DNA of 63,934 nt, filler included, from Collodictyon triciliatum (taxonomy: Eukaryota), in the NCBI GenBank assembly GCA_043381765.1. It is 5 parts of 5 records of this genome, joined end to end, with 100 filler letters (N's around TTAATTAATTAA, not from the genome) between each part and the next. Parts side by side here need not be neighbours in the genome. Positions count along the whole stretch, not along the records: positions 1 to 14,601 come from JBHJMP010001798.1; 4 more parts are not named here. One strand, written 5' to 3'. The position numbers and the translations under genes were made by a program. Numbering within the stretch: the stretch's first letter is position 1; every line of letters starts with the position of its first letter. Positions 1-14,601 of this stretch are shown one piece after another. The notes below the pieces were generated by a model, which saw only the letters and a list, made by a program, of their open reading frames with translations, was not told the DNA's origin and ran no database searches.

Positions 1-95
1 AAAGAAAAGAAAAGAAAAGAAAAGAAAAGAAAAGAAAAGAAAAGAAAAGAAAAGAAAAGAAAAGAAAAGAAAAGAAAAGAAAAGAAAAGAAAAGA
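1..95. repeat. (AAAAG)n microsatellite in an RNF213-like intron
   Basis: Perfect tandem repeat. Confidence 0.95.
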
Positions 96-131
96 GAGTC
101 GAGAAAAAACCATCATTTAAAGATAAAGTAC

Positions 132-2826
132 CTTTGTAGAATTAGCTTCTTTTAGAGCTACAGGCGAAATAATGTGTTTTTCCAACAAAAGTTGTTTTTC
201 AAAGCGATTCAAAAAAGGAGGGGGAAGTCCTAGTGGTGGGTTTTCGAAAGCCTCTTCTACGGAAGTAATGACGATGCATTTGAATGTTTTATGTACCAAG
301 TACAAATCGTCTGTCTGACCTGCTATTGGTAGGTAGCACCAATCATACCCCGAGATCTTTACATAATTCTATTAAAATGGTAAATTTATCAATGACTTAA
401 TCCATCCAAAAAATTCATAATTTCTGTTTGAATCTCATGCAACAAGCTAAATAAAATTATATTTTCAAAAAGTTGCTTATGCTAGTCCATCAACTATACC
501 TGATTCAATAAATCATACAGCGTTTCATATATTTGAGACTGCTTAATCAGTACAAGAAGTTTCCCGGATTCCATACACTCTCGAATCACATGCATCGTTT
601 TTTGATGATAATGATTGCTCGAGTATTCAGAATAGTTAGTCGAATATAGAATCCTGTATGAATCCTTTGGCAAAATGGTATCCAAAAGATATCGAACACC
701 AAAAGATAATTTTGTGATAATCATTAAGTGTCTTGATGTGTGGTCATGTATATTATCTTGGATTAGCTTCAAAACTGAGGGTTCTGTCATGTTTGGTAGA
801 TTAAGAGAATCGATACATTTTCTAATAAATTCTAACGCGGCCGAGCTAATATCTTTACCAAAGTTCCTAAAAAACAAATTAGCCACAAAATTTCCGTGAA
901 CTGGCACGTTCGATAACTGCAGAGAGCGTGCTACTCCGTAAAAATCACGTAAGCCTAATGCAAAGTGGGAAAATTTACAAATATCCTTATCGGTGGTCTA
1001 ATAATTAATTTTTCGGGACCGAATATACATCACTTAATTCATGTGTAGTATTTGATTATTTGCTTCGAGAAAAGTCAATTTTACGGTGCTTACCATAAAA
1101 ATCACGCTTCTGCACGATGTTTGGTGAGTGCACATACTTGCTTTTTGAGCTAGATGGTATGTTTGGCTGCATACTTTCGTAAATTGTTGCGTAAATTTCG
1201 GCAAATTTCTTGATCATAACATGTTTTTCGCTGGTTTGGAACGAAGAGAGACCACATATATCGAGTCCAGTCTGAACCAAGTCTTCAAAAGTGGGTTCCT
1301 GTCTATTCAACACCAACTGGATGATTGAGATGTTTAAATTATAGTAAGTATTTTGCATTGCTTAAAGAAACCTTATTTTTTAAAAAAAATTGCAGTAAGA
1401 AAAAGAAAGCAAGTATATCATTTCCAGATGAGACTCAGCAATAAGGTATAGTCACCATTCTGTTCTTTTTAGAAGCATCCAGTTCCCAATTTGATATGCC
1501 TACGACAGCTATCGAGGGTTTTTCAAGAATGGAATGGAGAGTTTTTAGTGGCATATAAGGACTGTGTTCTGCTAAACCAATTTCGTCAAGAAGCAAAACA
1601 GGTGCCAAGCTAGGGGCTTCATTTGCTTTTGCACGAGAATAAGCCTCCAATATTGCTATGTGTTGAGATTATTAAAGTAATTAATTGTCAGTCATTTTAA
1701 ATATTTTCAAAATAAATTGATTTCGTTTCTAAATATCTCTGCAAGCTTTCTAGTTTATTTTCATGTTTGCTCTCTATTTATGAATTTCATTGTAAACGAT
1801 GTAAATACGACACAGAAAATTAAATAGCTGCTGCCGAATAATTTGCAGAGTATAAAGGAAACAATAACCTTCTGGGGTTGATAAAGGAGAGCACTGATAG
1901 GGTATAAACACCATCGATGGCATGTCTCGAAAAATTCCTGTTTTAACCATGTTTATCGAGAATGAATTTTTTATAATTTGAATTGAATACGATTTCGAGC
2001 TTCCTGGCTTTCCGACAATCTAAAAAAAAAAGAAGAATATTATGCAGAGTTTGATATCGCCTCGCAGGACTCTACATTCAATTAATTTACAGTAAAGCAC
2101 ACGTAAAGAAAAAAATCATTGAAAGTACTGAGTTTATATATATTTTCTTGAATGAAACTCACCAACAAAGGTGTTTTCGTAAATATGGAAACAATTAAAA
2201 GGAAGATGTTTTCCATTAGACTGCTATTTCTAGATGTGCCCCTTGGGATAGTGAGATAGCTCATATACATGTTTTTTTCGTTCTTGAGAATTGAGTACAT
2301 GTCGCTCTCTGTAATTTCTTTCATGAAAATACTGCGGCTTGTATATGTCTTTGCAGTGGATGCGAGGAAATTGATATAACTAATTCGATCTTGAGGCCTA
2401 AGCCAAAATTAAATTTATTGATGTATTCAAATATGAAGACTTAATGGGGAAAAATTATTCAAATTTTGGTAAAATGTCTTATGTCTTATTTAATAGATTA
2501 TTACTCTAATCTGTGGTAATAGTTCACGCATAAAGCAAGTACAATCGGTCTATACTGCAAAATATGTGATTTAACGTCACTAGAATATACTGTTGAGTAA
2601 TATTCTAGACGTTCACTTTGACTTTCAAACCAGCGATATAGTGTATTACAGCGCTCTATGTCTCTTAAACTAACACAAGACGTATCTTTGCACAAGTCTC
2701 TGAGAAATTCATGAGATTTTGCGACCAGATGTGAAAATAACTGATTTCTTGAATCCTATACAGAAAAGAGATGAAAAAAATGTGATTTTGATTTTGATTT
2801 TGATTTTGATTTTGATTTTGATTTTG

Positions 2827-2924
<98 letters not shown>

Positions 2925-5900
2925 AAACTACAAGCTAATTTTTGGTAAAAGTGTAAGCAAAAGCGGTACAAAGTGTAAATAAAAGGGGGAGAGGACTGGA
3001 AAAACTTAATATTGAGAAACGTCCTACATTGCCAGCCTGTTGTAATAATATACTACGGGCGTATTTTTGTTCATCTTCATACGATAGAGACCCAAAATCC
3101 CATACATGTAAGGCTAAGGATGAAGGTAATGGATGCACGATATATACCAACTTGTGTATTATATCAGAAGATAAATACTCCGTTTCATTTTTTCCATAGT
3201 TGTAAATCAGACCGGTCGCTTTTTGACTTGAGCTTCGCGTGTAAAATCGGTAAGGATTGCATGCGGCGAAGATCTGGATATTATTTGGAAGGCTCATACC
3301 TCCACAGGAGCGCTCACAGACGATTTCTATTCCGTTTTTGACAATAAGAAAGCCAAATTGAAACAGAATATATAATGCTAATTTTAAATTATTTTTTCTA
3401 GACATTGCCTCTTAATTCCATTATGTTTAGTGCAACCTTTGAATAAACTCATGCAGTTTGCTGTGTTAATTTCATCAAAGAACAAAATTAAAGTAGAACG
3501 CGACATCTTCGAGGCTATTTCTGGAGTATTGATATATTCTTAACTTTTCTTTTTTTAAGAAAAAAATGAATTCATTGAAAACAGCATTAAAAGTACGATA
3601 CTGTTGCACAAATTAAGTCGAATAAAATACCAAAAAAAAAAAATTTGTTGAAAAAACACTTGTCAAAACTTGTAATATAAGGTGATAACTGCAAACCATA
3701 GCACATATATAGTTTATGTTTTGCATTTGATATTTTCATACCTTTCGCCTCTAATACATTTCTAACAACATCTGTATATCTCACACCTCCTAATTGATAC
3801 CAAGGCGTAGTTTTTATAAATGTAAAATTAAATTTAATATGAAAGCATAATACAGTATCGAACATGCACAACATAAATCTTCAATTTAGAGTCAAACCGT
3901 GTATATCAACTTTTTTCATTCTCCCATTGATTAGCCCGCATATGAACGAGATGAGGCGAGTTTTTCCACATCCTGTCTCTCCCTGTAAGTGTGTGTATAT
4001 AAAAGATAAAGTATGAGTGAAATTTAATAAGAGTATATAAGGTTTTGGTAAATTAAGAAGCGTCACAAATAAAATAAAAAGAAAAGAAAAATAATGGAAA
4101 TGGAAAAGCCAAAGAAGAAAAAAAGAAAAAGGGTATTATTCACCATTATCACAATTGGTAGATTAACTGCCATTCTGTAGCTAATAAAAAGGATTTTCAA
4201 TAGATTCGAGTTTGTAACCACATAATCTTGGTTTCTACTCAGGTAATCCTTTACCATTTCTATATTTATACCAAATGCAAAGCTCAAAATTTTAGCCACA
4301 GTTTCTTCGTTAAGTGAGTCTATATTTTCAATCTTTTGTCCCAATTTTTGACATAAGTCAACAAGGGGACCACCACTTGCAATCGATGCGTGGGAAAGAA
4401 TCAAGAATTGGTTAGGATCTGAGCGATTAAAAAGAGTTATGGGATAATCAGGTTTTGTCCACTTCTTTGTAATTTCTAAAGTGTACAATAGCTCTTCATT
4501 TTCGGTTACAGGAGCAGACAAAGTTTGACGATTAAAACTAATCGAAGAGATGTCCCGAGCGAGTAAGTAAATGTACAGCAAAATTTGTTCTTTGAATTTG
4601 GTGGTATCGTATCTTGTATTTTCGACAAAGAAGGTGCACGATTTCAAAAGTGTGTATTGTGTCGCACATAGTTGAGCAAAAACATTACGCAACATGGGAA
4701 TATCCGGTGAAAACCAATGGAACAACTCTCGACAACTAATTCATAATGGTGTGTTATTTAAAACAAAAAGGGATATAATTGATGTAAAGAAATGGTTCTT
4801 CTAGTGAAAATAAGTGAAAAGAAAAAGATAATTTCTTACAACAATACGGGGAGACGATGCTCATTTCGGGGCAATCTTTGTGAATGATTATACTTGTATT
4901 GATCCAGCTGATTTATTTCCATAAGCATGTCTGAAACGTAGGCATAAATATTTTGCAAAGTCCCTGATTCATGACGTATAGTAGTAATGGGGTCGATTAG
5001 TACTACGTCCAACATCTCATCCGGGCAGATTGTTGGAAACATATTAACCAACTCGTATCCTTGGAAGTTTTTTCCAAATATCATGTTGGAATGCTCAACA
5101 ATAATCACCTAAATTTTGGTTAGAAAAATTTAACATGAACTTTTTTGAGATTGTCTAATAAAAAAATAAAAAAAATAAAAAAAAAAAGAGAGAGAAACAA
5201 AAAAAAATTGTAATAAGCATTATGGGAACCCACTCACACAGGATGGGCTAATAACTAAAGGAACTTCTGAGGCATCCTCTATAACACCAAACATGATTAA
5301 TCCGAACAAAAAAGAGTATATCTTTGGTATCTCTGTGGGTCCAATACTAAAATACAACATATTTTTTGACCGTTGGAGCGCTTGGACAGTTGTGTCAACA
5401 ATGCATGTCAAACTGTCTTCATCATGGATGAAAATAGGGTTTAAATCAGTCCCAGATTGTCTCGCCCATTCCTTGACCAACCATGTTTTTCCCGCACCAG
5501 GTTCCTTGCTATGAAGTAATCTTAAATCCACCCTTCTGTGCTGGAGCATGCTGGTGTTAAGTAATAAGAGACTATCATAGTCATATGTTGGCTTTTGGAT
5601 ATTTCGGAATATTTTCTGGTAATAATGGCTCAATTCTGATGCTTTATCCCGTTGAGAAATGAAAACAAGAAGTTTGTTGATGGCGGGGTTAGATGTGCAT
5701 TTTACGTATATCTCTTGTTGAATTTTTAAGGGGAGATTCTCTGGCGTGATAATAGTATAAATTCTGCTGCCTAAACTTTTGATTGACAGGTAGTGATTCA
5801 GTAACAAACTGATTTGTTCCAGTGATGTATTTTTGTAGCATATTAAAACCTCCTCTGGAATAGGCGGTCGCCTCAAAACAAAGTAGTACAGTGATAGACA

Positions 5901-8661
5901 ACAAGACCATATAGAGTTACAGTCCTTTATCACAACCAAATTCGGTTGATCATGCCTAAGTAAATGGAAATCCAATTGATGAGGAGGTATGGATAAGTAT
6001 CCTGGATGTTCTTGAATATCCTTATGAAGCTTTTCAAGAGACCAGGACAAGCTTTCAATCATTTCAGGAAAAGACTGTTGATTATTCTTGCATAATGCAA
6101 ACTTTGCAATATCTTGAATTTCGTCTTCAGACTTACTGGGGAAAATCCTTTTCATGAGAAAGAAAAAGTCCTGGCCAGATGGCAAGCTTATCGGAAATTG
6201 AAACTCAATAAGTTTCATTAGTTGGCGATCAGTAAAATAGTTTATCATGATATCTCTTTCCCGGCATCTTTTTATACTGCTCTGTATATTTTCCTTTTCC
6301 TTTCTGCATACCTGAATGTTCTTGAAAATATCAAGCCTGTTGGCAGGATACCTAACGTTCATGTGGATGCCTTCCTAAAGTCATCGTATGGTAAGAATAA
6401 ATAAATGAAAATAACATCGTGCAAATATTTGTGATATATTAAAATGGATAATATTTTATATATGTTTTCCAAATCCTTCCGTTTTATCATATTCATATTT
6501 AGATCTAAAGAGGGAAAGAATCGGGTAAACATGAATCTTTAGAATTCACCTTCGTCATAGGATGTCCCATCATGAAAAGCTGTAGAAATAGCTGGTATAG
6601 GTCGAACATTTCTGATAGATCATTCACAAAGGATTCTATGGGTTCCAATAGAGTTTTTTTTGAAACAGTATCTGTAGTACTTAACAATACTAAGCATTCT
6701 TTTAAGGCTATTAAGTCTTGCATCGAATACTTATTTCTGGATCCATCTGGTTTACAATTCAGGATTGAAACATTTGAATTTATTTGAATGTTGAATTCAC
6801 ATCCCTAAAGCGAAAAAAAAAAGAATGTTATTTTAATTCTCATACCTATGTATTAGGCAAGCAATTATTTATATTTTTAATTGAGAATACCATATATAAA
6901 AATGTACCTCTTGAAGCTGAGTCAACTTTTCTAGGGCAATACCAAATGGTGTTTTAGTAGATCCAGATAGCATATCCTTAATTTCCTTGAGTCCTTTGCC
7001 CAAATGAGAGAGAGAACTAAGTATTGATTCGCTCATTTTTGTACTTAGTAGGTAATCAACAACATCTTGGTCGAGATTTTCAAGTCTGTGCCGCATTTTT
7101 ATGATGGGCATAAACACCTGGATAGTGATTCGTAAGTCTCTTAAAAGCCGCTGTTGATGATCAGAGCGGTAACGCAAGGAACATTTGTCGATTCTATCTG
7201 AAAGGTCTGCCATTTCCGTACCACTAATGTCGACTAGAAAGTCGACGTATTCTTCAGACAAAAAATCAATCATCGTTTCATAGAGACTGTCAATACGGGC
7301 AATCTTTGTCATCACAGGGCTCCAATTTTCTTTGATTCTGCTCATGTTTAGTTTCGATATTGACGTAAACATATGCAGAGGGCTTTTGAGATACTCTGAT
7401 GTCTTCTCAAGGACACTCTGCTGCTTAAAATCAATAAAAACATTGTAGATGCGGACCATCTCTTTGCTACCCTTGATAAATTCTTCCATTTTTAGGTTTT
7501 GAATCAGCTGTTTGAATACCGGGAATGATTTCAAAAAGCTATTATAGTACTTTGCATAGTCTAAATCTCCCGATTTGATTTTGGGGCACTTGACGATAAA
7601 GTACGGGTTCAAGTGAGTGTATATTTCATCTAAATCCTCGTATATTGAATGTGCATTTACGATGCCAAAGAAATTTTCAACGTCCATGGATGAGTATATG
7701 ATTCTCTTGTATAGATCTTCTATCAGTGTGAGGAAAGGGACGGTATAATGGTTGATTATAAAAGAATTCAATTGGTTTTGGTCCCTTACCACTAGAAGCG
7801 AACTAGACGTTGTTTGGTCCGTTTTCATGAAATTATGATGAGCCATCCACAACCTTGTAAAAATTTCATTTTTTGAAAAATCTATTCTAAACAGTGGTGA
7901 CTCGTGCAGACTCTTGAATGGAATTCTAGAAATAGCTTCATTCGCAGTAAGAGATTCCCAATCACATTCAAGAGACAGCATTACAGGGTCCATTAATGAG
8001 TTGATTTTGGCATATTCTAACGGTACTATCCTGTTTCTATAAAACTGAAAAGCTTGCTCCCGTCGCTCATAAATGGATTTATGCTGTTTATAGGTCTCTT
8101 GATAATCAACGAGTGCATTACCTCCAAAAAAGTCTTCGATGCTGGATTCATACAGTTGTAACCCTCTCGTTTCCTTGTAAGTAAATGACGATGTTTGGAA
8201 TTGGTGTTTAATGGAGGAAATAACCTTTTGTAACGCTTTAAAGGAGACCTCAAGATCTGCTGGAACAATCTTCCATCCATGTCGTAGTTTGTAAAAATGG
8301 CACCAAAATTCATAATTTTTCATAAACTCTAAAACATTTCTTGGTAAGGTGATACGCTCGATGTGACTATTCAAAATCTTGGCGCTGACCCAGTTGATTG
8401 CACCTAGAACCTAGAATATGTGATAGTTAGTTCAAATTGGATTATCTTAAGAAAAAAATTACATCAATTTCATTTCATTAAACGCCATTTTTGATACCAC
8501 ATTTTCATAAATTTATGCTTCCATTTTTTTAAAAAAAAAATCATATTGATGGAAATAGATTTTCCATAGATGTATGAGATGAGCCGAATATTATTATTAT
8601 TATTATTTTATTATTATTATTTTATTATTATTATTTTATTATTATTATTTTATTATTATTA

Positions 8662-8739
<78 letters not shown>

Positions 8740-11700
8740 AAAAAGAGGAACACATTACTGAAAATAGCTCATTCCACCTTTTTGGATCTAGCTTTGCCAA
8801 TTTTTCATTAATTGAGGTAAAAAACATCGTATGGAGAGGAAGAACATTTTCAAAAGATTTATAATGCATAGACACTTGCTTCACAATGTCTATAATTTTT
8901 TGAGAGTCAAGGAATAATTTCACTATTTTTTCCAAGATTGAGTGGATGTCCTTAGAACGAAAGTCCTTGTAAATGGCTGCGCAACCATCAAAAAATAAAG
9001 AATAATCTGCGCAAAGAATCTCGTACTCATTTCTGTAAGAGCCTATCATGAAATCGTCTATAAATCGTGTATATCCAGTAAAAACTCTGGACGGGAAAAG
9101 AGCATCTAACCAAGATGATATCGTAATCCATGTATAAATGCCTTGGTTTCCAAGACAATACCGAATGATAGAGTCGCAGACGATTGAGGAGTCCGACTTT
9201 AGAATTTTGTGAATCCATTCATGAAATATCGGGACATGACCAAGTTTTTGAAATATCTGAGATATGATCTCGACAGAAAGCTTACTTTGATTCAATTTGA
9301 TTATATTTTTCTTTACAAGAGTAAGATGGTCAGGACGTTGAGAACGAATAAGAACTGAGCAGAGTCCTTCTATGATATCATCGATAATATATTGCACTCG
9401 CTGGTCGATCAATTGATCATCTTCCAGACTCGTGTTTGGATCGGGCGATGCAGTTATCGAAGATGATAATGATACACCAGGTTTTATAGCCCCAGCAGAT
9501 TTATCCGATTCACGATGAGGATTCAAAATAGGCGTTTGTATCAATGTAAGAGATGCTATCGTGCGAGATGATACTAAAAAGGGGATTTCGTTGTTTCTTA
9601 ATAATAATTTACAGAACATCAAGCATTTGAACATGGATTTTTTTTTTTAGATTTTTTAGATTTTTTTAAGAGCAAACCCAAAAAAAAAAAAAGATAATAT
9701 TTCCGAAAGACTGAAATTTTACCATTGATGTTCACAAGAGCTGCATATAAGAAGCCGATGGACAACGGCATGCTGATGAAATCAACAAGATCAGGTGATA
9801 TGAATGCTTTTTGAGCACTTTGGTGGATATCATTAAGGGTTTGAGGAGATCTTGTGATCATTTTCATAGGGTCCATCAGGATTTTTTGGCGTAAGGTAAT
9901 GAGCCTATCATGGAGTAGTTTATTGATCATTTTATTGAATGCAAGTATGGGAGGTACGATGTTTGAGTCGCATGCGTAGACAAAATCCTTAAGGATTACT
10001 AGAAGACTGGCACAGACTATTTCAAATGATGTTGAGCTGGGTTTGGTGTTTGGGAAAGTTGTGATATGTTCACAGATACTACAAAATGCGTTTACAAGAC
10101 TTGATATATGGCTCGTCTCTATAAATCTTGATACAGGATTTTCTGTGGCTGCATCACAGATTATGCGTATCAGAGTGTAATAGATATTTTGAGGATCAGA
10201 AATTTTTGAAATATCTGCAAAGTCATAGAGTATACTCGTAAGGTCATGTCTTGAATATGGTATGTTGCAAGATTTCATATCACCAATAAACATTTCAAAA
10301 GCATTATGGGGTTGATCAACGTGCCCCTTGGTGTGTGTGATGTACGGATCGCGTAATGTTAAAAAAATGGACCTTGCAAGACTTGAAAAACAAAAATCAG
10401 TCATATGTTGTGACCCAGTTGCTGTAAATGATGACACATCGTTTTCGTGTAGTGCATGAGCCACAAATATTTGTCTAGGGTGTATTTGTATTGTTTTGCA
10501 TGCGATGCATTCACCCGTTTGCTTAGAGTAAAACAAGCATGAAATGTAGTTAATGTTTTGCTCCTCGTGCTCAAGGATATCCAAAGCCAGATGATATACA
10601 TGGGGTTGCTGCAAGTCGGGCACTGGTTGTATTGGGCTGTTAAAGAAGTTTAAAGAAAGAAGCGTCCCGCACAGAAATGGTGAATATAGATGGGCTATTT
10701 TGGGTGCTATGTAAGTCAGTAGTTTGATGGACCTGGACTTTACCAAATTTGTCATAGATCTCTGCTGCTCGGCATTGTGGAATATGTGTGATCTTGACAT
10801 AATTTCTCTAAAGTGTTGGAAATCGAGGTTCCTCTGTAGGATCCCGTATATCGCTTCTGCTGAGAATGCAGGAGTCCCTTGAACTGGGTTGATGTCGGAA
10901 TGAAGATGAAAGGGAACGTGTGTGGATGTGCTAAGAACCGAATGATTATCAAAGTATCGGCCTGTCGTACTGCTACCCAGAGGACGTCTAAAACTGTCAG
11001 AAACATCATCGACTACGATAGTGGTATTTGCCAGAGATTGTACAGCTTGATTGGTAGGCTACATTCGTTTAGTTGAAACATGAATTTAATATTCGAATAA
11101 AAAAATCACGCTTTCTACGTATCATTTATGATCTGAAGTGATATTCATATCAAAAAAATGATCTAGTAAATGTATCTTACTCGGTTATATGGTATGGATA
11201 AGATATACAAAAACATAAAGATTTAAAATACATTCAACTAAGTGCATACCGAGTTTGAACTCATATTGCTCGAGTTTACATGCTGTATCGCGACAGAGTT
11301 TGGTGCTCCATATTGTGTAGTGTTAACATGAGGCCCCGTCCATGAAATTGTCGTTTGATTTAGAGGTACTAGCATAGAAATTTTTTTTGTTAATATTAAG
11401 ATGAATGACAACAATGTACTATGATTGAAAAGCCCTTATTTGTAAATGAAAGTCTATGGGATATTTTATAAATTTTGTAAAACAAAAAGGGGAGATAGAA
11501 TAGGTATATCAACCACTTTTTTGAGATGAACCATATTTGTTTGCGTGAGAGGTGCGTTCAAATACATATTTGATTATTCAACCGTGCTCTTTTAATCAAA
11601 AAAGAACCAATCAGCCCCCAAAAAAAAAAAACTTACTTGGGTAGAGAGAGCCGCATAGATTAGCAAGAAGGTGTTGCTCTAAGGCAATGGCAGGATTATT

Positions 11701-11967
11701 ACTGATTTCATTCCAAGAACGAGCCAAATCGCTCGTCGAGAAGATATTCTTTGAATAAAGAAACTCGCGACTCGATAGAATGTTATAAGATCTCCAGTAT
11801 TGTAGGAACGAGCGGATATGCTGACAAAGCAAGAGTTCCTGTGCGGTCAGCATAGCATGTAGTTGTCCTTCAGACAACAGCTCAAAGTCATGCAGGCTTC
11901 GAAGATTAAGTCTATGTGCCAAGCCAGCCCATGGTGCGTATGGTGCTATTTGGTTTCTTTGATCCAT
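132..11967 (-). CDS. RNF213/mysterin-like giant AAA+ ATPase, multi-exon, 3' part (E3 module) runs off the window start
   Basis: Spliced exons give RNF213-type motifs in the expected order: GAGKT, GETGCGKT, LFFDEINT, IFAACNPYR, LVYIVHPLP, VWDFGSL, VSLRDIER, IVGKPGSSKS, LLLDEIGLAE..PLKTLHSILE, VGISNWELDASKKNR, LRDFYG, LYDLLNQ, PPPFLNRFEKQ. The junctions I checked are GT-AG and in phase. The start at 11967 is tentative; a branch point and acceptor near 12111 suggest a further upstream intron. Confidence 0.9.
2784..2922. repeat. (ATTTTG)n + (ATT)n intronic microsatellite
   Basis: Seen directly; similar (ATT/AAT)n tracts at about 8590-8737, 14508-14601 and 49206-49279. Confidence 0.95.
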
Positions 11968-12965
11968 TTACCGCAAACTGAGGAAGCGGTTTGATCAGAT
12001 CAACACAGCTCAAGAGGGAAAACTTGGAAGGGCCAAAGAACTCAACGCGGATGCTTGCCCTGCTCTCTGCCTCCTGATTCTTTGGTGCTTCTGCGGATCT
12101 CTCTGGTAAGCTGTTGTGCGGCGAGAGTTGCGGTTAGTGAGGGCGNNNNNNNNNNNNNNNNNNNNNNNNNNNNNNNNNNNNNNNNNNNNNNNNNNNNNNN
12201 NNNNNNNNNNNNNNNNNNNNNNNNNNNNNNNNNNNNNNNNNNNNNNNGAAAAGGGAGAAAAAAAAAAAAAAAAAAAGAAAAAAAAGGAAAGAAAGGGAAA
12301 AAAAAAAAAAAAAAAAAAAGAGGGAGAGAGGGAGAAAAAAACATAAGAAAACAGGAATCGGACGCGCTGGAAATGATAACACAAGTCGAGGAAATATCCT
12401 GTTCATATTCATATGTTTCATGGTAGGGAAGGCTCATCTTCTCGCCTCTCCTTAGCACACAAAATGCCAGCGAAGCCAAGCTGCTCTTGGGGAAGGTCGC
12501 TTAAAGCACTGTGTCTGTGTGACAAGGCTTGTCGACGCTTGATAGGAGCGGCTATTGAGGCTGGCGGTCTATGAACCTCATCGTCCCTGGTGGATCTCTG
12601 AATGACGCATAGTGGCGAGCAGTCAGCCAGTGGTTTTGTTGCGTCATTTTCAATACTATGTGTTACAAATTATATTATCAAACAATATTTGGTAATTAGA
12701 GACACAAATAAAATTACAAAAGGACTTTAAATACGTAAGATAGTATAATTTCCAGAGTTGACTATAGCATTTTTCTGCTTCTGTTCTGCTTTGATTATTT
12801 CTCCTCCGTTTTGCCTTTTTTTTTTTTTTAATAAGGCTTTGTTAAAGGTATTTCGATTGGGTTTAACAGAGGTTTTTTTTTATTTATCAGTTTTTCTTCT
12901 TGGGGATTCTATTATAGTTTAGTCACTGAGTTGAACCGGCAAAGGAGTGCAAATAATCGGCCCCC

Positions 12966-14395
12966 ATGGACACCGAGGAACAACTCAGTCTGCAAGAAAG
13001 GTTCCTAAAGTTTAGAAAGCAGGTAAAAAAAAAAAAAAAGTGATTTCCTGGCCCTTGGTTCTTTGGTATTGCATCGTCTTATTCTCTGATAATGGCGCAC
13101 AAGTGGAAGGGAATACGTAGATATTAAAAAAAAAGTATTCTCTTGAAAGAAACTCGCGCGTTGTGCGAAGGAGTCCCAGAGTCGTCCAAAGAGCACTGAA
13201 GAGAAGCAGCATCTCCGTGCTTTGTTTGTAGAAAAGGTATGATGGACAGAGCGCCTGGACTGAATGCACTAATGTATGATTGAACTTTGGCTTTTAATTA
13301 GAATATCTCCAATCTGGCTTTAAGGATATAGCATTGTGTAAGAAATAAAAAAAATCCGACGCAGGTGAAAAGCTTCATCGGGATACCATACAAGCAAAAC
13401 TATCAGCCCGAAGACAGTAATTTCACACGATTTGTATCAATTAATCTTATTGCAAGTATCCTATTATATCATTTTTAATTTATTTATTATCATTTTTTCA
13501 TTCCTAAAACAAAAAAAAAAAAAACGAGAGCAGGATGGCGTAAGCGGATAAACATCTAACATTTAGGCAATGTTCTCGTTCTAATTCAAAGTTAAATCAT
13601 ATTCAACAGCCCCGTACTTTTCGTCCCCGATTTTTCTGGATTGCTGCGGTCTGATTCGCCGAGCACTCTTTGAGTTGCAGGACGAGTTTGGGTTTCGTAT
13701 AGGATTGTGGAATCAAGCATACCAAGTAAACTCAAGGAAAATGCCAACTTAAAACAGAGCATATTACAACGTCTCTCAATTCATTCTTTCTTTCCTCTTC
13801 TTTTTTTTTTAGATATTAAAACCGCTTTTCTTGTTCTATTACTTTCCTTGTTTCAGGCTATTATATATGCCGATGTGTAATCTATACAAAGAGGTATACG
13901 CACATGTGTTTTTTCTCTCCCAAAATAATCATTATTCAATAATCCATTCAGTATGATACACTGCCAATCCGGTATGAAACTCACACCCTACTCCAACCTG
14001 GGGACTTGGTGTTCATATCTGGGAGGTACTTCAACCCAAAGATTCGAGCGCAAGTTCATGGCATGGTGCATGTAGAAGTCTTCCTTGGCGGGTCTACAGG
14101 AGAACAAACAATTGGTGCTCAGCCAAAAAAATATATAGCTGAAGCTTTAAAAGGATGTTCGTATAAGCAGACATTGACTTGAATAGGAGAAGGAGAAGGA
14201 AAAGAAACAATCAGCCTCCCCTCCCAATTCCAATCCAGAGTATTCATGATGCAATTATCCCACCCATTTAGGCTCTCGCTGGCAAAAGGGTATCGTCCAG
14301 ATTTTCAATTCATTCAAATTTGTCAGCTCCAATTATGGAGATATGAAGTATCACTTCTGTTCGATTGATACATGGCTCGACGGTATTTGCAAAAG
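12966..14395 (+). CDS. NlpC/P60 (papain-like) fold protein, multi-exon, last exon probably lost in the gap
   Basis: Exons translate to MDTEEQLSLQERF..., VKSFIGIPYKQNY, PIFLDCCGLIRRAL..FGFRIGLWNQAYQ, YDTLP..LQPGDLVFISG..HGMVHVEVFLG, GSRWQKG..FCSIDTWLDGICK. The GxPY, DCxGL, PGDLVF and HV motifs are those of NlpC/P60. Confidence 0.75.
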
Positions 14396-14506
14396 GTTTA
14401 TATCATCAGTATGTATACATATAGATATATTGGAGTTTTTTTTTTTTTTTTGCGACTTATCAATGGAGCACGGTCAACAATCGTATTTATGAAAAGTTCA
14501 TTACTT

Positions 14507-14601
<95 letters not shown>

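Noticed and set aside
12480-12640. GGGAAGGTC resembling an RNase P RNA conserved region
   Set aside because: No matching 3' P4 strand or other conserved regions seen; more likely the leader/promoter of the RNF213-like gene.
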